64,000 nucleotides of DNA from Phaeosaccion multiseriatum (Eukaryota; Protista; Ochrophyta, other classes), in contig OZ218956.1 of assembly GCA_965112735.1 (NCBI GenBank), positions 620,001 through 684,000 of the forward strand. The letters are read 5' to 3'. The position numbers and the translations under genes were made by a program. Positions within the stretch are counted from its first letter, which is position 1. Each line of letters begins with the position of its first letter. Of this stretch, positions 1-10,930 are shown piece after piece. Below the pieces are notes generated by a model, which was not told the origin of the DNA, searched no databases, and was given only the letters and a program-made list of their open reading frames with translations.

Positions 1-121
1 TTCAACAGACCGTCCCCCCGGGGGCACTCCACCTCCCCCTGGTCCAGCAGCTCCTCCCCCTCTGGGCACGGGCTCTACTTGTGCTTCAAGAGAGGCGTCG
101 GCAACCCCATCTGCGACATTC

Positions 122-163
<42 letters not shown>

Positions 164-197
164 GGGTGTGTGGGTGGGTGGGTGTGTGTGGGTGTGG

Positions 198-228
<31 letters not shown>

Positions 229-271
229 GGGGTGGGGGGGTGGGTGTGTGGGTGTGGGTGTGTGGGTGGGT

Positions 272-356
<85 letters not shown>

Positions 357-750
357 GGTGGGTGTGTTTGTGTGTGTATATGGGTGTGTGTGTCTCTCCT
401 CTGTCAGTCAGTCAGTCAATCAGTCAGTCAGTCCGCTTTGCACCTATCTTGCCCTGTTTCCTGCCTCCCTCCCGCCGCCCCCGCCTGCTGAAGCGTCGAG
501 ACTGACTGCTGATAGGCTGCGTGTGCTCCCTGCCATAAAGTCTGAAACGGCTCTCCTCCCTATTACGAAACTGAAAGTCAAGCCACCCTCTCGCCTCCGC
601 AGGTCCGCATCCCTATACTTAGCGAGGCCGGAGAGGAAGTGCCTCAGGGCTATTGTGAGATCGACGAGAGCCCCAGTGGGAGAGTCGCCAACTTCGGTAA
701 CCATAGCACCAACGCGGGCACTGCCGTTCGAAGGCTGTGCTACAAGCAGC
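1..750 (+). other. MABP (MVB12-associated beta-prism)-like domain coding region, split by intron 124-602
   Basis: Spliced translation GLYLCFKRGVGNPICDIQ|VRIPILSEAGEEVPQGYCEIDESPSGRVANFGNHSTNAGTAVRRLCYKQ matches the MABP repeat pattern (YLCxKR..PITDIxV..GExxPxGYxxIxxxPSGxxANLNxG..LCYK) as recalled from DENND4/MVB12. Confidence 0.7.
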
Positions 751-1281
751 ACTTCATCTCCCTCCTTCCCCTCCGAGCCGTCCCCCGCTTCTGGTGTGGG
801 GCAGCGATGGGAACGGAGGGGAGGATGGCAGAGAAAGGGAAGATGGCAGTGGAGGACAGGATGGCAACAGAGGGGCAGCAAGCACAGGCGAGCGAGGAGC
901 AGCAGCAGCGAGAAGAGGAGCAGGAGGGGGCAGAGGGGTGCTTCCTTGTGAAGCACCAACACGCTCCCCTCCTGCCCTTGGGCTGGGACGTGGAACTCGT
1001 GGAGGCGTGCAATATCGCCTCCGTCATGCTTCTCATTGACACAAGCGGGGCAGCCCGCAGGGGGCAGGGGGGGCAGTTGGTGATACAACAGCGGGGAAAG
1101 GAGGGAAGGCAGCTCAAGGCAGCGCGAGGAGAAACGCCACAGAGCCAAATGGGAGTGAGCTGCGGCGAGGAGACGGAGCAGCAGAAGGGGGGGCGCCGAA
1201 GCCTTTCGCTACCTCCCCCCCCTCGGAATCGATCTGCGAGCTCTTGGGGGGGAGAAGGTGATACCGACGCCGCTGCTGCTG

Positions 1282-1314
<33 letters not shown>

Positions 1315-4300
1315 ATGCCCCTCCCTCTCCCTCCCCGAAGCAACTGGAAAGACTCATGTCCCCCCTTCTCGGCACCAGACAGAGGCTGGGGACAGACACC
1401 ACATTGATGGATGATGAAGCTGCTGAAGCTGATCAAGTCGAAGCTGATGAAGCTTCAGCCGCGATGGCGATGGCAGGAGTGTTGGAGGCTACGGGGACTG
1501 CGGGGAGTGTCAGTGTCAGTTCCAACAGCGCCAAGGAAGAGCACAGAGCCGAGGGGCAAGGGCGAGAGCAAGAAGGAGGCGTCGTCGCCAACGGAGCGGC
1601 TGCGGAGGAAGACTCCTTTGTCTGCTGCCATCCCCTCGCCGGGGAGGTGGTGGTGAGCATGGTGTGCGGGAGGGGAGAAGCAGCATTGCGGCTGGGGGAG
1701 GGGATGGCACCGCATGGTGGGAGAGGGGGGGACGAGCAGCTTGGAGGGGGCTCCGAAGAAGGAGAGGCGGTGTGCGCACGGGTCCGGGAGGCGCTCTTCC
1801 TTCTGCTGACGGCAGTGCAAGTCCGGCAGGGGCCGACCTCGGCTCTGGCTGTGGAGGCTCTTACTGACTTACTGGAGAACACCTCTTTCTTTGACGAGGA
1901 CGTGGGGGTGCTTGATCGGGCCGTGCTCAGAGTGAATGAAGGTACAGGAGGGAGGGAGGGAGGGAGGGCAGGCAGGGAGAGGGGGAGACAAGGGAGGGAG
2001 TGAAGGAGGGAGGGAGGGAGGGAGGGAGGGAGGGAGGGAGGGAGGGAGGGAGGGAGGGAGGGAGGAGGGAGTGAGGGGCGGGGGGGCAGAACAAGAGTAG
2101 AGCAGACCAGTAAGAGCCACGAGAAGAGACGCTGCCGCAAAGCTTACCATCTCTCTCTCTCTCTTGTGCCCGTGCTGTCCACCTACCCACTTGCCCCTCC
2201 CTACGCTATGTACCTACCTGGTTGCCCCTCCCTCCACCCCGTGTGCTCCTCAGATGGCCGAGAGGAAGTGGTGAGCGTGCAGCGCTCGCTGCTGGAGCTG
2301 ACTGTGGAGACCGTCTGTCAAGTGGCGTACCATGTGGTGACGGCACGCTTCCCCGTCATCCTGCGCTTCCTCAGGTGGGGGGGGTACCCCACTTACTCAC
2401 TCACTCACTCACTCACTCACTCACTCACTCACTTTCTTACCCACTTACCCACTCACTCACTCACTCACTCACTCACTCACTCACTTAATCACATTCACTT
2501 TCTCTCACTCACACACTTCCTCACTCGCACACACTCCCTCACTCAATCTCACTCACTCGATCACTCGATCACTCGATCACTCGAACACTCACTCACTCAC
2601 TCACTCTCTTGCTCACCCACGCACTCACACACACACACCCTCACGCACTCACAGGGCCTTCGTGGCAAGGGCGAAGAGTCCGAGCGGTGCGTGCTGCTTG
2701 CCCTTCGCCAGCCTTCGGAGAGTGTTCGGGGCCTACTCGTTCCTGTGCAACTGCGACGCTGCAGCAAGGGGGGACTGGGCACAGGCTTCCACACAGGGGA
2801 TGCCCTTCGATACGGGCACTGAAGGAGACACGGCGGGTGGGGGAGGAGGCAGTGGGGGAGGGGGTAAGGGAGGCGTCGGCGGGGGTGGGAGGGAGAGTGC
2901 CTATGTTGCTCTCAAGGAGTTGCTGGGGACTCTGTTTGCAGCGGCAGGACACGGCCACAGCGAGGAGGGGGGAGGGGCGGGCGGAGCGAGGACTACTTGT
3001 ACAGCTCTGCAGTCCCCTTCTCCCTACTTGTACAGCTCTGCAGAGAGGCAGGGGCAGGGAGGGGAAGGACAGGGGAAGGGGGAGGACGGCGCGGCGGGCA
3101 TGATGCGGGCCATCGTGTGGACGCTTGTCGACGACACAGTGGAGCAGGTCAGAGTTTGTGTGTGTGGGTGTGTGGGTGTGCGTGTGTGTGTGTGTGTGTG
3201 TGCGTGCGTGCGTGTGGGTGTGGGGGTGGGGGTGTGTTTGTGTGTGTATGTGTGTGTGTGAGTGTGTGGGTGGGTGCGCGTGTGTGTGGGTGCGCGTGTG
3301 TGTGGGTGTGCGTGTGCATAAATCGCACATAACAATGCCGATACGCTCCAGAGCTCACCTGCTCCTCCGCCCACATCCACTGCCATCCCGTGCTCATCCT
3401 CTGCTATCCCCTCCCCATCCCTGCCCATGCTCTTCCCCTCCCCTTCGCTCTAGGTGGAGCTGGTGAAGGTCACAGACAGGGCCCTCGAAACACTCCGGAG
3501 ACACAACTCGTGTGGCAGCGAGGCCTTCTGGTTAGAGACCGCACTTCTCGCCCAGGGCCTGCAGGACTCCACGAGAGTGAGGATGGGAGGAGGGCAGGGG
3601 GAGGGGGAAGGGTACTCTATCGTCTCCAGCAGCAGGTGGGTACGAGGAGGGGGAGCGAGGGAGGGAGGGAGGGGGGGGTCGCGTCTTGGATGTTTCAAAC
3701 GCCCCCGCATACACACCCGCCCATATACACCCCCCCCCCCTCCCCCCTAACCCACCCACCCCCCCAAACACACGCACACACACACACAGGAGCGGGACCC
3801 AATGCAACGCCTTCGTGGTGATGTGCGTGCTCTGCAAGATGGCCACCTCCCCCCTTCGTACCCTGCCCAAGAAGGGGGGGGGCGGAGCAGGAGGGGGAGG
3901 GGGGGGAGTGCTCACTAGAGACCTCGCTATGAAGGTGTTAGCGTTGGAGCTGCTTCATGAGATGCTAAGGGCGGCGGGGGAGGGGTCTTCGGTTGGGGGA
4001 GCGGGGGGCGCGGTGGCGGGGGGGGGGGTGGCTGGCGTCATCGGCCTGGCAGCAGACGGATTACAACATGGCCAGGGCGGAGGTGGAGGCGGAGGCGGCG
4101 GCGGCGAGGGGGGAGGTGGTGGCAGGGGGGGTGGCGGTAGCGGTGGGGTTGTTGTTGGTGGCGGTGGTGGTGCCGGTGGTGGTGGTATATCACCAACTGG
4201 TGGGGGTGGTGACGGCAAGGCGTTTGGGTACCAGGTGCGTAGGATGGTGGTGTCTGCGGTACTGGCCAACATCGCACACGCCGTGAAGGACGAGCGCATC

Positions 4301-6516
4301 TTCCTCCTCCTACTTAAGAACATGGGTGCGCTGTGGAAGAACTTTCGCAGGCATTGCAAGGTGGGTTGGCAGGGAATGACAAGCACCCGCCGAGAGAGAA
4401 GGCGGGAGAGGGAGGGAGAAGGAGAGCAGAAGGGGAGAGAGAGAGGGAGGGAGGGAGACGGAGAGGGTACAGTGAAAGACATCTCCCCCCTCACCTCCGC
4501 CCCTACTTGCTCTCTTCTTCCGTCGGCTCTCTCCTCCTTTGCTCTCTCCCCCTCGTATGGCCTCCCATCCACTGCCATCCTCCCTCCCTTCCTCTCTCTC
4601 CCCCTCCCTTCCTCTCTCCCCCTCCCCTCTCCCTCTCCCTCCCCTCCCTCCCTCCCTCCCCTCCCTCCCTTCCTTCCTTCCTCCCTCCCTCCCTTCCTCT
4701 CTCTCCCCCTCCCTCCCATCCTCCCTCCCTCCCATCCTCCCTCCCTCCCTTCCTCTCCCTCCCCCTCTTCCTCTCCCTCCCCTCCCTCCCACCCACTCCC
4801 TCCCTTCCTCCCTCGCTCCTCCCTCTCCCTCCCCTCCCTTCGCCTCCCCTGCCCCCCCGCCACCAGATTGAGGTGGTGGAGTTGCTGGAAACGTTCCTTT
4901 TGCGCCTTCTTGTCAGCAAGTCGCCCTCCGTGCCCTCCCTCTGGCGCCCCGCCATCATGGATGAGGTGATGCGCTGGTTCGACTTTCCCGACAGCCTTGT
5001 GGAGCTGTTCCTGAACTACGATATGGACAGGAAGTTGATTCAGAGGAGGAAGGTCTTCGCCAACATGTGCAGGTAAAAAGACTGTCCTAGCGCAGGGGAT
5101 GGCAGTGGATGGAAGTGGATACCCAGGGGCAGGGAAGGGAGCCTTACCTCTCGTGGAGAGTAAGCCCTCCTGTGACGGGTGCCCTGCCCACCCAGTGCTC
5201 TCATGCTCCACTCCTGTCGTCTCCCCCCGTCTGTCTTGTCTCTCTCCCATCGATCGGTCGGTCTGCCTGCCTGTCCGGTCGGTCTGTGCCATCCCTCGCT
5301 GCACCTCCGCATCCGCTGCCATCTTCGCCCTTTCCCTTTTCCCTCTACACCTCCTCATCCACTGCCATCCCTGTAGCATCATGTGCTCGCTGGCGGATAC
5401 GGGCCGCGGCAGTCTCACGTATGCACAAGGGTATGCAGCAGTTGGTGATACAGCAGCAGGAGCGGCAGGAGCCGAGGGGGCGGTGGGTGAAGGGGGGGGC
5501 TTCGGTGGCACCACCCACTTTAGCAACACCCTGGTGCAGAGCAGCTTCAGCAGCAGCGGAATGCTCACTGCCTCCGTAGGGATGTCACACACCGGGGCAG
5601 GGGGAGGAGGAGGAGGGGGAGGGGGGGCGGGGCGTAGGATCAGGACCAAGGAGGAGCAGGCGCTGAGGCTCAAGGGCTTGAAGAACTGTCTGCATATTGT
5701 AAAGAGCCTTATGGACGCGAGTGGGCACGGACATTTGTTGAAGGGCTTGTCAAGAGAGAACAAGGGATGTGACCACAGTACGAAGATGAGGGACATCTCG
5801 CTGGGCATGACGGGGGGGTGGGAGGAGGAGGACGAGGAGGAGGAAGAGTACTACAGGACCAGGCAACGGAAGGACAGAGTCAAAGAGCGGAAGCCGCACG
5901 GAGAGGAGGAGGAAGAGGAGGAGGAGTGGGAGCCGACGGTCGGAGAAGCGGCCGCGAATGAGGAGGACGAGGAGGAGGACGAGGACGACGACCACGACGA
6001 GGAGGAGGACGAGGAGGAGGCGATGGCAGTGGACGGGGGGGGCTTTGCTGTAGAGGACGCAGACGTGAACAACGACGGCATTGGCGACGACGATACCGTG
6101 AAGGTGGAATACGACGACTCCGCATCCGAGGACGGCGGGGAGGAGGACCCACGCGGGGACGATGGGGACCCAGGGGGGGCGGCGGGTGCGGGTGTGGGTG
6201 CGGGTGCGGGGCGCGTTTTGTCTGCCGGTGAGAGATCGAATCTCGAGATGTCGAGTCGGGCTTTGTCGGTGTCAGAGGCGGCCAAGAAGAAGCGGCCATT
6301 TGGTACCTCGGAGCAACAAGACAAGGCCAAGGGGGTGCATTGTGAGTTGGTGATACAGAATGTGATAGGGTGGAAGGAGTAGTGGAACGAACGATGTACT
6401 CTACTCGTGGAGGCCTGTCGCAGTTAGCTTTGCAGGGGAGGGAGGGGAGAGAGGCTTCAGTCCTCGCAATGCGCAATGCCCCTGACGCATGCCCACGGGA
6501 TGAACGAGCGCAAGGC

Positions 6517-6552
<36 letters not shown>

Positions 6553-9396
6553 CTGCTCTGCTCGGCCGCCTTTTTCGCCTTACACCTACTTGCCCTCTGT
6601 TGCCATCCCTGTCCTCCACTGCCCCCTTGCGCTGCGCCGTCATTGCACCTGACGCTTACCTTACGTGTCCGCCTCTCCCCTCCCCTCTTCTCCCCTCTTC
6701 TCCTCTCTTCTCCCCTCCTCTCCCCTCCCCTCCTCTCCCCTCTTCTCCCCTCCTCTCCCCTCCTCTCCCCTCCTCTCCCCTCCTCTCCCCTCCTCTCCTC
6801 TCCTCTCCTCTCCTCTCCTCTCCTCTCCTCTCCTCTCCCCTCCTCTCCCCTCTCTTCCCCTCCTCTCCTCTCCCCTCCGCTCCCCTCTCTTCCCCTCCCC
6901 TCCCCTCCTCTCCCCTCCCCCCCCTCCGCTCCTCTCCCCACCCCCGCAGCCCCCAATCTCCGCCCGAGCACCTCCGACAGCGCCTTGCCAGGCTTGAGGG
7001 AGCAGGAGGAACAGCAGCAGTTGGTGATACAGCAGCTGGAGGAGAGGGACGAGGAGGCCGAGGGCGGGGATGGCAGTGGAGGGGGAGGACTCAAGCGTAC
7101 CTCGGGCGGGATAAGGAGGGAGGGTGACGGAGAGGCAGGGGTGGCAGGGGGCGAGGAGGAAAGGGAGTGGATGAAGGGGAGCTCGCGTACAGCAGTTGGT
7201 GATACAGCAGCAGGCAGGGGCAGCACCAACACGTCCGCCTCTGCGGCCGCCGGAGCCAGAGGAGGCCCAGGCCCTGGCAAGGGCCCAACCACAAGCGCAA
7301 GTGCAAGGCGGCCGACCTCCTTCCGCTACCGCAAGGAGCTGCGCAAGGTGGCGGACGAGGTGCGTCGTAAGTCAGTGAGGCCAGTGAGGGTTGGGGGGGT
7401 CGGCTATTCACAGATATCCGTGATATATCCCGGTCTTGAAGAACCAACACCATCAACCGGTGCACTTTGGTGACTTACACGTACTCGACTTGCTCCGCTC
7501 CGCTCACATGTCACACTCACTTCTCCTCCTCCTTTGTTTAGGTCATGATTGCTCTGCTCACCATCGTATCTGACATTCCCTTCCTTCCTCCTCCTCCTCC
7601 TCCTCCTCCTCCTCCTCCTCCTCCTCCTCCTCCTCCTCCTCCTCCGCCGCCGCCGCCGCCGCCGCTGTTGAAGGTCATGGGTCGGGCGCTGCAGCTCGGT
7701 CAGGACAAAGGGCTCAAGAAGGCCGTTCGATACCTCGTGGACAGTGGGTTCATCAGTGATACTCCACGGGACGTCGCCAACTTCCTTCGGATGTATCAGG
7801 TGGGGGTGGAGGAGGGAAAGGGGGGGGAGGGGGGGGGAGGGGAGGAGAGGGGAGGGGAGGAGGAGGAGGAGGAGGAGGAGGAGGAGGGGAGGGGGGATGG
7901 AGGGGGAGAGGGTGGTACTTGAAGTGAGGCAGATGGCAGTTAAAGGTTTACTTGTGCTTGGGCTCGTGTTGGAGGGTTAGGACTAGCACTCTCTCTAACG
8001 CCCTTCTTCCTCTTCCAACCCCTCTTCTTCAGGAGGACCTGGACAGCGGCGCAGTGGGAGACTTCCTGTCGGAGCCTGACATCGGCGGCAGCGGGGGGAG
8101 CGACGAGTACTTCCAGAACATCCGCCTGCAGGTGCGTGCGTGCGTGCGTGCGTGCATGCGTGCGTGCGTGCATGCGTGCGTGCGTGCTTGGGAGGAGGAT
8201 CATCCCCCCAAGCCCAGAGCATTCGCTTCTTCTTCGCCTCGTCCGGCCTCTCTCCCTCCCTCCCTCTCCGTCTGTCTCTCCCTCTGCCTCTCTCTCTCTG
8301 TCCCTCTGTCCCTCTCTCCCCCCTCGTCTTCCCCTGCCCCTGCCGTGTCTCTCCAATGCATGCCTGACCCCCCCCCCCCCCCTCTTCCCCTTCCCCCCCC
8401 ATCCACTGCCATCCCCTGCAGTACATGTCTGCCATATCGTTCCACGGCATGACTCTGCTGGAGGCCCTACGCCACCTCCTGTCCAACAGCGGCTTCCGCC
8501 TACCGGGGGAGGCCCAGAAAATTGACCGCCTTCTCCTCTCCTTCGCGCACTGCTTCCACGCCGACAACCAGGCAAGTTGGTGGTACAGCACTTGGTGGTA
8601 CAGCACTTGGTGGTACAGCACTTGGTGGTACAGCACTTGGTGGTCCGGCAGTCGGTGGTACCCTCCGTGTTGATTGATTCGTTCCCTGGTGCTGCATCCA
8701 TCAAGCCTAGTCCTCTCTCTCTCTTGTCTGTTGCCTTGCTTGCTGACTTGCTCTCTCTTGCTTGGTCTCGCTTGCCTTGCTTGCATTTTTTGCTTGCAGG
8801 AGCTGCCGGGCTACCCCTTCTCCAGCAGCGAGACGCCGTATATCGTGAGCTATGCCATTATCCAGCTCAACACCGACTTGCACAAGGTAAGCAAGCAAAC
8901 TAGCAAGGAAGGAAACAAGGAAGGAAGGAAGCAAGCAAGGAAGGAAACGAGGAAGGAAGGAAACAAGGAAGGAAGGAAGGAGGGAAGGAAGGAAGGAAGG
9001 AGGGAAGGTAGGGACGGATGAAAAGGAGCGGCATGATACAGTCCCACCTCCTCTCCTCTCCTCACATGTTCTCGTCTCTTCTTGTCTTGTCCTCTCTTTT
9101 TCTCTCGTTTCATCTTGTCTTGTCCTCTCTTTTTCTCTCGTTTCATCTTCTCCTTTGTCTTTCCCTCACACGTGTGCTGTATCACCAACTGTATCACCAA
9201 CGGCCACTGCTGTGTCATGGACTGCTGTATCGCCAACTGCTGTATCACCAACTGCTGTATCGTACCACCAACAGGCCTTCAAGCTTTCCTCCAAGAGCGC
9301 CAAGAAGCGCAAGAAGATGACCAAGGAGTCCTTCATCAAGAACCTCGGAGGGGTTGTGGACACGGGCGACGCGGGAGAGGTTAGTGCTTCAGTATG

Positions 9397-9459
<63 letters not shown>

Positions 9460-9501
9460 GGTCTGTCTGTCTGTCGGTCTGTCTGTCTGTCTGTCTGTCG
9501 A

Positions 9502-9545
<44 letters not shown>

Positions 9546-9571
9546 GCTCTGTCTGTCCATCTGTCTGTCTA

Positions 9572-9602
<31 letters not shown>

Positions 9603-9605
9603 ACC

Positions 9606-9640
<35 letters not shown>

Positions 9641-10895
9641 TTCAATTGTATGTATGTATGTATGTACGTATGTATGTCTTGTCTGCCTGTCTGTCTGTCT
9701 ATCTCTTTCAATGGTATGTGTGTGTATGTATGTCTTTTCTGTCTGTCTGTCTCTCTGTCTGTCTGTCCTCTCTTCCTCTCTCCCTCTCCCTCTTGTCCTC
9801 TCTTCTCTTGTGTCCTCTCTTCTCCTTATCCCCCTCTCTTGTGCTATCTCTCTGCCTCTCTCTCTCTCACAGATGGGCAAAGTGTACCTTAGTGACTTGT
9901 ACGACGGCATCGCCAGAGAGCCCATCGCGCTGCTCCTGCTTGCTGACTTTGGGGCCAACTCGAGTGGGAGGGGCGAGAGGGGCAAGGCTGGCAGCGGCAG
10001 GTAGATACAGAGCACTGGCACTGAGTGCTGCCACATATTGAGCGAATACTGAATGCGCTGAGAGCCCGGAGCATACGTCTAACTCTGTGTGTGTGCGTGT
10101 CCCTCCCCTCTCCTCCCCTCCTCCTCCCTCCCCCTCTCCTTCCCCTCCTCCCCCCCTCCTCCTCCCTCCCCCTCTCCTTCCCCTCCTCTCACCAGCGGAG
10201 ACAGAGACGCTGACTCGGCTCTGCTCGCCCTTGAACTGCGCCAGACCGCCAGCAAGTCTGAGGAGCTCTTGCGTGCCCTGCGTACCTTTGGTCAGCGCTT
10301 CTACTTGGTAGGGGCGGACACGTCACTCTCTCTTGACGTGGTGAGACTCATGTTCGAGGCCGTGTGGCGTTACTTTCACAAGGTGGTGGACAGTGTGTTG
10401 AGAGAGACTCTCCACCACCACCACTCAAGCAGCAACAGCAACAGCACAAGCACCAGCACCAGCACCAGCAGTAGTTCCAGCCAACAGCTCAACACGATGC
10501 ACTACAGCAGCGGTGGTAGCAGCGGCGGGAGCGGGGGCGGGAGTGGGGGTAGCCATGGGGGAGTGGGTGTGGGTGGCATGGGTGGTAGCGTCAGCAGCAG
10601 CGGGGGGGGCGGTGGAGGCGGAGGCAGCAGCAACAGCGGGGGCAATGCGAGTGCCAACTTCAGTGCGAGTTTCAGTGCCGGTGCGAGTACGAGTGCCAGT
10701 TTGCAGGACGACGTGGGCGCGGTGCTGACGTGTCTGGACATTGTGCGCTGCGCCATTTCCGCCGCTGTGTTCCTCAATTGCAGCGCAGAGAAGGTAAGTC
10801 AGTGAATGGGGATGGCAGTGCATTGATGGGGCAGCAGGACGAGGGGCAGGCATATGGGCAGGATAGGCGGATTCCAAGCAGTGGAACTGTCCCAT

Positions 10896-10930
<35 letters not shown>

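Larger units (their letters stand above)
7674..10000 (+). other. Sec7 catalytic domain exons
   Basis: KGLKKAVRYLVDSGFISDTPRDVANFL; LDSGAVGDFLSE; FRLPGEAQKIDRLLLSFAHCF; FSSSETPYIVSYAIIQLNTDLHK; KMTKESFIKNL; YLSDLYDGIAREPI. Confidence 0.95.

Noticed and set aside
3955-7292. Long minus-strand ORFs (617 aa and 470 aa)
   Set aside because: Antisense shadows of GC-rich exons plus microsatellites; no domain signal.
8576-8645. WWYST-repeat peptide extension of Sec7
   Set aside because: It ends in a stop and would delete Sec7 motif 2; explained by a GC-AG intron.
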